NCBI GenBank assembly: GCA_973895155.1
Contig: OZ316898.1
Location: 1,773,927 to 1,837,926, forward strand
From: Marsupella aquatica
Lineage: Eukaryota; Plantae; Marchantiophyta
Direction: 5' to 3'
Length of the DNA: 64,000 bases
The position numbers and the translations under genes are program-made. The notes below the pieces were generated by a model that did no database searches, was not told where the DNA came from, and was given only the letters and a program-made list of their open reading frames with translations. Positions 12,712-24,237 of this stretch are shown here, piece after piece (the first letter of the stretch is position 1; each line of letters opens with the position of its first letter).

Positions 12712-14369
12712 TTTCAAGTACTATATACAACTGTATATATATATATATGTAAATCTAGCTACTGTACGTAGTTGAGTTGAAGCATTCGAAGTTTTGCCCA
12801 TAAGTGGCCCGGTTGATTGAATGTTAAATCCTACTAAAGTATTACTTACTATATGATCTAGGCTCATGAACGAGACGTAGTCACTACAGCTGACACCAGT
12901 AGCAAGGATTGTCGAAAGGATACGGAATGAGTGACTAAGAAGGCTTTCCAAGAAATGATGCTCACGGCGAGGTTCACGGAATAATCGATCTTATCGATGG
13001 GATGCGTCAATTCCTTTTGTTTCCCATAACCTGTACGTATCGCATCGGGATCAGCAGGTTGAATGAGCTAGTTGGCATTCTCAAATGAGCTTAGAAAATT
13101 AAGCACAGCTACCTGTTTTGGCAATCCCAAGAATCCAGCTAAATGTTGAAAGAATTCAATGTCCATTTAAGATTGGAAATTCCTTTGTAATACTTAAGTT
13201 TCCCTGCTAGCTCTACTGTTGCAACGTACTAGTAATTTTAACTAGAACATATAATGCAACTTTAGTACGATCAATGCATTCAGGAAGAAGGTAATTTTGG
13301 CTGGCCGGACTGGTTCGTGCCAAGTTTGATAAAAGCGCCAGGCCCTAGAAATGGAAGACCGTGTTGTTGTATTTCATTGGGCCTTTCAATACCAGGTAGC
13401 AGCTCTCTGTCCGGTGTTGTCAGTTCCTGAGTACATCTAGAATCAATTCCATCTACAGTAAGACTCTAAGAGAACTTACTATCGATCGATAGTAATTGAT
13501 AACGTTTACAAACTTATTAAATCTCCATGGCTTGATGTATATATACTATGTATGGTCGGTCAACGTGAATCTATTGTAATTATTTTTACGGCTTTTGCCC
13601 TTGCTCGATCCACGTACATTGAAATTACTCAGCAGGACAAACTAAATTGATTGTTAAACTTTGTTTCAATCTGAATCCGACCTTCAATAAATTGTCTTCT
13701 TTAATTTGCTTAAGAGAGATATGCTCGTCTGTCTTAAACTTAAATGCAGAGTAGACGTATAAAATCAACAGAACTTGTTCAGTCAATGTAGTCAAGTTTA
13801 GTGAAACTACTATATTTCCTTCTGCACATTCAATCACAATGATAGTGTACACAGAGGTTTAAAGGCTAGGATCTGGTATACATCATGTACATATAAGACC
13901 GTACGTAATGACTCGAAACCAACAATAAAAGGGTTAGATTTTCCAGGCTGAGCTTTTAATCAAAACACACAAAGACTAACGTTTGAGTAATTGAATGACG
14001 ACATGTCTGCATTGCATTTCTGTTTTGGGCTCGAACATCAATTAAATATTAAGTACAAAACGTAACTGATATATCAACTGAGGGGACCAGGGTAGCTTAT
14101 GGTCTAAATTGCCACTTGCAGCTAGCTGGAACACAGAACCAGAAGAAAGCTGCGCCGAAAAATAACAAGTACAGTATCTGACCTCGGCCCCTATCCACAT
14201 AACTAGAACTATCCAACAGTGGGAACGAACCAGGCAGCTTATAATCCTTCTATCTGCACACGGTACATACCATGACAAACCCCACGCCCATTAATGTATT
14301 GATTGTTTGGAATAACTCCTGTTCTCTAGCTATCAACGAGGCTACATGACTGTGTTGCAGTCGTATTAG

Positions 14370-14984
14370 CCTGGTTTAACCTGACGGGCAAGTTGACGGC
14401 TTGCCGGGCACGTCAAACTGTCAAATGATGGCTTGAAAACGACCAATTTGACGGATATTTCACAATATTTTCCCAAACTCACCCGGACTCCCCCGGACTC
14501 TTCCCGGACTCCTCCCGAACTCACCCGGACCCTTCCCGGACTCCCCCAGACCCGAACCCGGACTCCCCCGGACCCCGGTTCGGGGTGGCAGCCAGCCGGG
14601 GCCGGGTCTGGGGTCGGGGCTGGGGGAAGGAGGGCGGGGTTTAGAGTCCCGGACTCCCCCGGACCCGAACCCGGACCCTTCCCGAACTCCCCCGAACTCC
14701 CCCGACCCTCCCCCGAACTCCCCCGAAACTCCCCCGACCTACCCTGAACTCCCGGTCCCCCGAACCTCGCCCGAACTCCCCCGAACCCAGCCCAGACTCC
14801 CCCTCACCCGAACTCCCCCTCGCCCGAACTCCCGCGAACTCCCCCGACCTCCCCCAAACCTCGCCCGAACCCGGCCCGAATGTCTCCCAAACTTGTCCCG
14901 GCCCGGACTGCTCCCGAACCCGGGTGGCGGGTTGCCGATTTGCCGATGATTTTCGGCCAGTTTGACAGGCAAGGTCAAACCGGG
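14370..14984. mobile_element. Non-autonomous hAT-like DNA transposon (615 bp) with GC-rich subterminal repeats
   Basis: Perfect 8-bp TSD CGTATTAG (14362-14369, 14985-14992). Imperfect 13-bp TIRs CCTGGTTTAACCT / AGGTCAAACCGGG. Interior built of many CCCGAACT/CCCGGACT units. Confidence 0.75.
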
Positions 14985-16195
14985 CGTATTAGTCATTCAA
15001 TTTCTCGATCATGCGCATGCAGGGTTTAGGAAATCTGTAAAGCCTCGGCCTGTACACAAAATTTGAATGATAGGATGCACCGTTCGAGTACACTCATACT
15101 ACGCCGGTAGTCATTCGAGGACTGCGTGGCATGGGGTTCAAGTGGCTGTCATGACGGTCAGATTCTGAAGACTGAAAGATCATCAAATGTTAGCGTGATT
15201 CCTCGAATGAAAACTTGCAGGCGCTGTCCTGGAAATGGCGCCGAACGTACACTAACTGACACATTTCTGATCAAAGCCCCACACAATCGAACACCATGTT
15301 CGTATGTACGTGTCCTGGGAATTAATGGCGCCGAACACCAAACTGACACATTTCTGATCAAAGCCCCACCGAGTCATCTGACACCATGTTCCGTATGTAT
15401 CCTCAATGTGGGAGCCTGTATACTTACGGCCCTAGTTCTGGAGATCGTAAACGCCATTGGGTTTTATAATTGCTGATTCATACAGGACTCACACTGACAC
15501 AGTGAAGAAAACTACTGGATGAAGACGAGGTGAAGAAAAATACTGGGTGGAATTACAAAAGCATTGGAGGCTTCAATTGCTTCTTGATCTCCGTCAAAGA
15601 AGAAAGCCTCCGATCGACACAGTGCTTCAAGGTCGTCTTCATCAATTTTTAATGTTATGCTCCAAATTCTACTGTACCATAGATCCGATGCGATTATTAC
15701 AGTACATTTTAAATCCCGATTTTGTTGAATGATGAAGAACAATTTCTAATGCCGCAGTCTTAGGAAATTCAGGCATTGATTCGTTGGTGAACACGTTCAT
15801 CGCACATTTGTCATTGAAGAATCAAACTGCTGTGCTCCGACCGCCGGCTGACAAGAATTGACCTCCAGTGGCATATAGGCCGGTAATAGCGTCCCACGTA
15901 CGTACAGGTCACCACCTAAGTAACAAGGAGAAAGGTAGAAATGTAAACAGGAATCCGGTCTCGCGTGGAATTGTGAAGTCCTGGTTATTCTCCCGTTGTT
16001 TGCTTACCAGAAGTCTACATCTGTGTCCGCTAGATATGTAGTTATTTTTAGACGAAGGCTAGGCAGCGCAGCTAGCATGCAAACCAGTGTCATTAACAGA
16101 CGCCTTCCAGAGTATATATATGGAGTTGAGTGATGACCGGATGATCAACGATACATCTGTTGTAGTTCCGAAGTCCTTGAATCACAGACCACGCA

Positions 16196-18575
16196 ATGAG
16201 GATCGCCTCAGATGTCCCTCAGGTGGAAAAAATGACTTTGACTCACGAAGAATTGGAGCGCATCAAGGCTTTCAGACTCCCGAATTTCGTACCTCCCTAC
16301 TCTTACACGAGAAACCCATTGGCCGATAAGGCAAAAGCCGAGGCCTACAGTTGGATGGAGGAATACTCCCTGCTAGAGATTTACAAGACTCCTGAGGAAC
16401 TGCGAGCACTTCGCAAAGCTGACTTTGCCGAGCTCGCAGTGGTGGTTTATCTCGATTGCGGTCGAAAGGAATTAGCGTGGGCGGCCAAATTCTACATTTG
16501 GTTGTTTATATTTGATGACCGCATGGATGAGAACACTAACTTCTGCTCTCCGGAGGAATCAATTGTGTTCTTTTTGGATCTCCATCTGGTGCTCATGTGG
16601 TCGTTTCCCGATGACGAGGAGTTCTACAGAAAATTCGTGGAGTCCCTAAACGAGGCTGACGTCGCTGAACGGTCCCAGGCTTTGAACTATTTGCACTTGA
16701 AGCTGGATTCGGCGAGGCAGAATCTGGGCACAGGTGAATTATGTATAACTATGTCTAACTCTTAACGGTTTTTTTTCCGAGCTGACGTACGGGCATCCTC
16801 TCCGGATGTACTCTAGATCAGGTCAGAATTAATAACAGATAGAAATGGTTGAAATGCTCAACATAGATGCTCCGAAGCCTGTTGCGCATTCTACCTGTAG
16901 GGCTTGGTGTATCTAAATCAAAATGCAGTGAAGACTGATTTCTGTTCCATGGCACACTTAAAATGTGCAGTGTACGACACTTCATCACCTCAAATTCATC
17001 CGCTCTGCAAGGCGTTTCGTGACCTTTGGGCCGAACTCTGCGAGACGATGCCTGCTGAGTTCTTGCGCAGATGGGCCCTCCTGTTTCAGGATGAGCTTCT
17101 TGAAAATGTCAGGGAAGTCAACACTCGCAAAAACAAATCTATCCCGTCTGTTGAAGAATACATTGTATGGCGTAGGGCCTCTGTCGGCGCTTGGGTGGTC
17201 GCGGTAATTCCTCGATTTCCATCCATGTTCTTTATGCTGACATGCCGTCCCCCAATCCGTGTAGAGAAGAAAGGCAATGTTTCTTGAGCTTTTGTTGTGT
17301 TCCTGAGGTATCGGCCAGGCTAGGTATCGGGCATGCAGGTTTCGATTGATTTGATGAAAAGGAGGGGCGACAACTCACTCATTCAAGTTGATAATCTAGT
17401 TATTCAAGACAGCAGTCACAGCATGAATATTTATATGAACATTTGCAGGCTAGCTAGGTGAATAATCTGGGTTTTGTGGATATTAAGATCTGGACACAGG
17501 CGGCCCGGACATAGCTTCAATGGGAGACTCATAGCGAGCCCTTAGATTCCTAGCTCCGTGCTTACGGAGCATAACCTCATACATGCAGAATATTTTACAT
17601 CGCATCTCGTTCCATTTCTTGCTCTGGTTCAAGTCTTTACTGAGATGTTCTTTTGTTCAGGTGCTGGTAGAGTTTCTGGATAAGGTACATTTACCCGATA
17701 GGATGTTTAATTGTCCGGAGATGCAGCGCTTCCTTAATGCTGCCAGTGACGCCTTTGGATGGCATAATGACCTTTGGTCATTCCAGAAGGTACGTGTGAC
17801 ATGCATATATTCAAATAGCATATATTCAATTAGTAGCTCGGTCTAGCTACTAGTCGGGCTCTTAGGCCATGTTCAGTCAGGCTCCCTTGATCTCTGAACG
17901 GAAGCTCTTTTGTCAAGTAACGATGAGGGGCTCGGTCCATTGTTATAATTTTTATTGTTCGGCTCCTCGATCTGCCAGATTTTCAGCGACAAACAATTTC
18001 CTCTAACTCAAAGCGCTGGTAGCTCTCATGGGATCGTTAAACGCGTGGATCATGCATGCTCCCCCGTGGTGTCGAGTCACGAAGACTTTTCTGGCCAGAA
18101 TACGAAACCCTCCATTGATTCTTTAAGAGTGGATGTAGCTGGAAAGTACATAGATTGAATGGAGTCCCTTTGCACCAGTCAGACATATGACATTTGAAGA
18201 TCCCACCAAAATTGCTTCAAATCCGCGAGCTTCAGTAGTGCTTATATATTATCACTGAGATAACCAAGGTTGGCGGCGGGGATCTTGAACTGATGTTGTA
18301 ATGTTTTCATGCAGGAAGCTTTGAAAGGAGATGTGCACAACTTGGTCATTGTTGTAAGCCACGAGGACGGAAGCTCATATGCAGAGGCTGGGATGAAAGT
18401 GTTCCAGATGATGTTGGATAAGCTGGAGGAGATGGAAAATGCCATCGCTGATTTGGAAAAAGTCACACCACGTGAGCATCAGCATGCAATTGCACGATAC
18501 TCTAATTGGGCACGACATTTCCTCACAGGTTCTCACTACTGGCATGACAATTGTGTACGTTACAAGTGCGCATGA
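16196..18575 (+). CDS. MTPSL: Microbial terpene synthase-like protein (MTPSL), class I terpene cyclase, ~386 aa; exons 16196-16733, 16971-17203, 17661-17789, 18315-18575
   Basis: Four exons splice in frame through GT-AG introns (1161 nt). Motifs: WLFIFDDRMDE (DDxxD), EYIVWRRASVG (effector R), HNDLWSFQK|E (NSE/DTE), WHDNCVRY (WxxxxxRY). Single alpha-domain, no plant beta/gamma domains. Start could be 16196 or 16232. Confidence 0.93.
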
Positions 18576-19026
18576 ATGACTGAGTCCACAGCAAGGAGAC
18601 AAGAAAGTAGACGAGTCCAGAGGACAGAGACAAGAAATAGACGCAGGAAGGAATATTAAGGGTTACAGTGCACTTGTGAATTAAAGATTACCTGAGCATA
18701 AAGCAAATCTCTATTGTTTCCGCCATAGCTCTGTTGTTTCCGCCAAAGCTCTGAGCCATCTGCTTACACACTTGGAAGTAGAACACAAAATGCTTATATT
18801 ATAATTAGGGAACAAAATGCATCTATTATAGGGTACCAAATGCATAGTTTTTTCTTATTGTTGGATTGTGTAGTGGGTGAGCAAGGGGTGATGGCTATTG
18901 TTGGAATGTGTGGAGTGGGGTGCCCCAAGGAGTGTCTATTATCGCAAGACTGGGCTTTCTGCAGTAGACTACTTGGGAATAAGTGGTGTGTGTGCAGATT
19001 TTACTATACCGCTAGCTACACCCTTG

Positions 19027-19557
19027 CTCCAACTTTAAACAATCACCCCCAATGGTAATAAAATGCTTTTAGACGATTGTATCTAGATAAATAAGAAAAC
19101 CAATATTCTTGGTCTACAATAAAATACTTTTAGGACTATTGTATCTAGATAAATAAGAAAACAAATATTTTACGGTACCTAAAAAGTACTAAAGTATAAA
19201 GATTTTCCCCAAAGTCCAGGGTAGACTCCCCTCAAAAAAGATTCCCATAGGGAGAAAAAGAATCATTCATTCATTTTTAGAGTTTGGTTGTATTTTTTAA
19301 GCCCTTTGAATCAAGAATTCATTAGTTTTGGGTAACTTGGTACCTCTGCCTCAATGCTTATTCCTTTAAAAATTGTCTTTTTCTCACGGCCTATCCTTTT
19401 AAATGATTTGTAAAGTGTTGGCCCCATTTCTATCCCCCATACATCATGTTAATCTTGTAGTAAACAACTCTTTAGCTTTGAGACTATTGTGAATCTTCTT
19501 CAAAAAAATGGTGGACCTCTCATGTTTTTAACATAATGACTTAGGCTAGCTAGCAAC
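19027..19557. repeat. Dispersed diverged repeat, second copy at ~22462-22903
   Basis: Shared anchors CTCCAACTTTAAACAATC, GGTACCTAAAA, TTTTAGAGTTTG, TTATTCCTTTAAAAA and GCTAGCAAC in the same order. Confidence 0.7.
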
Positions 19558-19596
19558 AGAGGTAAGTTAACATATTTAGGAAAGTTATCAGAACTC

Positions 19597-20008
19597 AACC
19601 AACTGGCTTTGGTCAGTTGGCCAGAGGATGAGCCTAGAACCGAGAGGTCCCAGGTTCAATCCTCCCTCCACACATAAGGGGTGTGGAAGGTATGTGTGTG
19701 TGTGTGGGTGGGGTGTAGTGGTGGGAGTATTGATTATCTCCTCAGCCCTGGTTGCCCACATTGGGTTCTGGTTTAATCCTCTCTCCCTCCTGGTCTGGGT
19801 CCCTGTCGGATCCCTGGGTATTGTCCCCTTGTGGCTGCCCTACATAGAAATGCATGCTCCAAAGCAGGACGTCTATCCTCTCTTGGATGGGCCTGTCGGA
19901 TCCCTGGGTATTGTCCCCTTGTGGCTACCCTACATAGAAATGCATGCTCCAAAGCAGGACGTCTATCCTCTCTTGGATGGGCCTGCTTTCGGTTTTCAAG
20001 GCAAAAAA
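19597..20008 (+). mobile_element. Full-length tRNA-derived SINE
   Basis: 16-bp TSD AAAGTTATCAGAACTC (19581-19596, 20009-20024). Pol III A-box-like TGGTCAGTTGG and B-box GGTTCAATCC in the head; A-tail; internal 90-bp tandem duplication (19802-19891/19892-19981). Confidence 0.85.
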
Positions 20009-20242
20009 AAAGTTATCAGAACTCTAAGCTTTAGTTGTAGATGAAATGATTGGTGTCTCACCTAGTGTCCCAGCTAGTGTCTCACAAGACAGTCTTGGAT
20101 TACATCACACTCTTGAGATATAAAGATAGCATAGTGTATGAAGGTATAGATTTAATATAGAGCTTGGCATGGACATAAGGATAAAATAATATATTCTAAC
20201 AAAGCATGGGCACGATTGGAAAATAAATACAGACCCTGGGGG

Positions 20243-20518
20243 TTTCACTTCCACAAAAATGGCACTATCACATGCGACGAAGTATAGGGTCATTTTATTT
20301 GTTCAAACGAAATACTTAAGAATTTTAAAGAAGAATAATATGGTCTTTTAAATCAAATTTGCAGACTTATAAGAACATTAGGGTCCTCATAACCAATTTT
20401 TTTGGAATATTCCAACTTTATAGGGGTTGAATTTTTATTTTTTAATTCTTACATTTTAGAGGGTCCGAGGCCTAACAATGTCGCAGGTGATGGGGAGGCA
20501 TCCATATAGTGAGACCCC
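20243..20518. repeat. Dispersed diverged repeat, second copy at ~21449-21730
   Basis: Both copies run GTTTCACTTCCACAAAA...ATAAGAACATTAGGGTCC...GATGGGGAGGC.TCCATAT...TAGTGAGACCCC. Confidence 0.75.
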
Positions 20519-20821
20519 AGCATAAACCTAGAGAGGGTCTCAAAAGAGAAAATTAAAAACATTAAGAGGGGGATAAAAATAATTATAAAGTCCAAAAATA
20601 CAAAGGACTCGAAGAGGTCACTTCCATGGAAGTGGCATAGATCATCACGTGCACAGAACTATATGTTCATTTAAATGGTTTTGACGAAAGACTTATTAAT
20701 TAAGTCTTCAATGGAAATATAGAGTTGTTTAATCATAAAATGCATATTTGTCATCACTTGATTAGTGTTGTACAACTTTATAAAAAGTGACTTAGCTAGG
20801 GGCGGACCGTCGCATGTGATA

Positions 20822-20965
20822 TATGATACTCCATATATATAGTGACCCCTGGAGACAAAGGATACCCTTATTTCTTTGATTATATTATTTCTTGATAATG
20901 CTTTTATTTCAGACACTACAAGTATCCTTTGTCTCCAGGGGTCACTATATATATGGAGTGTCATA
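20822..20965. repeat. Fold-back element: 44-bp inverted arms, 56-bp AT-rich loop (MITE-like)
   Basis: TATGATACTCCATATATATAGTGACCCCTGGAGACAAAGGATAC (20822-20865) is the reverse complement of 20922-20965 with one mismatch. Confidence 0.85.
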
Positions 20966-23380
20966 CAAATTAAAATAATAATGATACTTTTGCTTTGATT
21001 ATTTTAATTTAATAAAACCAAATAACCTAAGTAGGCTCCCAAACCCAAGGTAACACCCCAGGTATGCAACTCTTGTATAATAGGCAAGAGTCTACATTTA
21101 TAATACTGGTGCACTTAAAGGTCACTTGGTTAATAAACATTTAAAATTGAGGAGAGTTGGGTTTTTTGCTTTTAAACTTTTATGAGTCATAATAAAGTTT
21201 TTTTTTCTTCTTTTCCTGTGTAAAATTTAAAAATCTTTCTAAAGTTGCTGTGATATTTATTAAAAGATTGTAGTATTGTACTATCTAGGTGTGTATGTTT
21301 TGTATGTGTGTTATATGAGTCAATTATAGCGTTCAATAATGGGTTCGTCTAAAGAGTGGTTCTCCCATTGTGAGGCATCTAAAGGTTATCTTTTAGATGA
21401 TGTTGAGCTTTGGAGAGGGGAGCTCAAGTTGTGGCTTTGGTGTCGGAGTTTCACTTCCACAAAACTAACACAATCATCACATGCAATGAAGAATAAGGTC
21501 ATTTATTGGTTCAAAGGGAAGATGTAAGAATTTCTCGAAAAAACAATATGGATTTTTAAATCTAATTTTGAGACTTAATATAAGAACATTAGGGTCCATC
21601 TAACCATATTTTTCAAATATTCCAACTTAATAGCGGTTACTTGGAAAAAGTGTTCTCACATTTTAGGGGGTCCAAGGCCTAAAAATGTTGCAGCTGATGG
21701 GGAGGCCTCCATATGGATAGTGAGACCCCCGAGCTATGGTGGCTGAGAGATCCTTCTATGTAGGTTGATTCCTTGAGTGCAAGGTCATTGGGCTTGACAT
21801 ATGTATGTAATCAAATAAGACGGGATTGATTGTGCGTTGATTTGTACCAATCACTATAGGATTCACTAAAGATTATTGTGCGTTTTGGACATGTGTGGAC
21901 ATGAGTTTGTTCCACTTGTAGCCATTTGATCTCTTATGTTTGTTTGTGCTTATGTTTAGATGTGTGTGACATGCGACGTATATTGTGTAGCAATGTGTAT
22001 ATGCAGGATAGCTCTTGTTCCACTAAGTATCCAAATGATATTAAGGAAAGTTGGGTCCCACTCCCTTCCATGTAGGATGGGCAGCCTTATTTAATTAAGT
22101 ATTAAAGCACATTGGAAAGCTACTCCCTGGGTCAAGTGGGTCAACTGTGTCTAGAATACTGAAACCTCTAGAGGATGGCACTTTAGGATCAAGGGTGCTA
22201 ACAAAAAACAGCAATGGGGCCAAACATGAACATAAAAAATAGTATGTAATATATATAACACTGGCAAAAAGATAGCAACACCTAAACCAAGAAACATGGT
22301 GAGTCCCAAAGGGAAAAATGCCCCAAGAAGACCAACAAGCCAAGGTCTCCCCCACAACAACAAGCTAGGGAACAAACACAAAAACAAAAAATGTACAAAG
22401 AATCCAAGAAGACAAATACCCTATTGGGTGGAGAGAAGCCTAATAGCTTGGGATAGGGTTTCTCCAACTTTAAACAATCGCTCCAAAATGGTAATAGAAA
22501 GCTTTAATTTTAGGAGTATTGTAACTATGTAGCTAAATGAAAAAATAAATCTTCTTTAAGGTACCTAAAAGTCCCCCAAATGGATTCAAATGTTGAGATG
22601 AATAATTAGTCACTCCTTTTTAGAGTTTGAATAGAAATTTTAGTAACCCCTTTAAAGCATGAATATAGTAGCTTTGGGTGACTTGGTATATACCTGAGTG
22701 CGCCTTGATGTTCATTCCTTTACAAAGTGTCAGATTCTCCTCACCGCTTATTCCTTTAAAAAGTGTTGTCCTCACTTCTATCCTCACATGTCATTTTTCT
22801 ATCTAGTACACAATTGCTTAGTTTCTAATTAAACTATTGTGAACCCCTTTGAAAAATGATGGGTCTCTTATGTTTTTGTCATAATGATTAGCTAGGCTAG
22901 CAACACGTAGTTCACCTAAAACCATAAACTAGCTAACAGGGGAGGGGGTGAAACATTTGTTTCTCACAACTCTTGGTTTCCATTAGGCTCTTGAGAATAC
23001 ATAGTTTAGGATCTAGGTTTCTATAGTGTATAAAGCATTAATACAATATAATTTGAATATAAAAATTAAACAGCTTGTTCTAGTCCTGCTATATAGTGAA
23101 TCCAACCTTTTTTGTCTTATTCAAATTTTGTGTCCAGTGTTTTTATTTTAATGCCTTAATAAGGTGAATCATTTGTATTTAATTAGATTTTCCAACTCTA
23201 TCACAAGAAGGGAGTCACAACGAGGGCGGCAATCAGCAAGACGATCGATCGACCATCTGAAAACGTTTTCATCGCTTGGCTATCTCGATCAACCTTGGCC
23301 TCTCGCCCAAGTGAACTGTCTGCACTGCAGGTACTATATATTGTTCGTACACGATATGGATACTATTCTCCCTCCTAATC

Positions 23381-23584
23381 TGTTGGAAATGAACCGGGAT
23401 GCAGGCATCAAGGGCCTGCCGGTTCATGCTGTTGACAATTCAGCAGGTATCAGAGCTAAAGATCAGGAGTTTCCCTTGGAGCGAGTGTAGCTCAAGGGAG
23501 GGTGTTGGAAATGAGCCTCACTCGAACTGATGAGGTGTGCAGGAATCAAGGGCCTGCCGGTCCATGCTGTTGACAATTCCAGCA
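23381..23584 (+). mobile_element. Miniature LTR retrotransposon (TRIM/SMART-like), ~204 bp
   Basis: LTR1 TGTTGGAAATGA...ATTCAGCA (23381-23445); PBS GGTATCAGAGC (23446-23456, iMet type); PPT AAGGGAGGG; LTR2 TGTTGGAAATGAG...ATTCCAGCA (23503-23584). No TSD recognisable. Confidence 0.8.
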
Positions 23585-24237
23585 CTCAAGTATAGTCACG
23601 CTGATCGAGCTACATATTTCAACAATCTGGACTGCTGTGCAAACGATCACTTGTTGCTCCCGTGGGCCTAAGTCTTTGCGCTGAGTTACCGCGCGCCGTC
23701 ACGGCGTTCACGAGTAATCTGGCGAGCTAAGAAGTACCGCAGCTGACCAGGCGGAGCTTGATAAGTTGCAAGGATATATTGTCGTCATTTCTGATGTCAA
23801 TCTCCGAGTCCTGTGAAACATGTCTTGTGGTTCTTGTCTGCAGATTCTTCAGATTCCCGTGATAATGCTCAGCGCACAACAGCTCCGGAAAACTATAAAA
23901 TCCGTAGGTAGCCGCTCACTTCTGCGCATGAGCTGACGATGCATTTAATTCACAGAAATCATCTGTGCAAGCAGGGAAGTTTTCCTGCGCGCTGACATTT
24001 CTACCTTTCTCCTTGTTACGTGGTGACCCAACCTGCATGGAATTGTGGAGACGCGCGTGATTCTTTTCCTCTTGCCAGATATGTAGTTTTTTAATTTCGA
24101 GACGAAGGCAGCGCAGCTACCCTGCAAACCAGTGTCATTAGCAGATGCATGCGTTCCAGAGCATATGTAGTTGATTGATCACGTGGGTTATGAAAGATAC
24201 ATATACTGTAGTTCCGAAGTCCTTTCAGAGACCAGGC

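Noticed and set aside
14433-14996. Pro-rich and Gly/Arg-rich ORFs
   Set aside because: By-products of the CCCGAACT repeats inside the hAT-like element.
19597-19670. tRNA gene
   Set aside because: A/B boxes are present but no convincing cloverleaf. The TSD and A-tail show it is a SINE head.
21339-21800. Copia protease-like (KEWFSHCE) and RNase H-end-like fragments
   Set aside because: Similarity is too short and weak to support without alignment.
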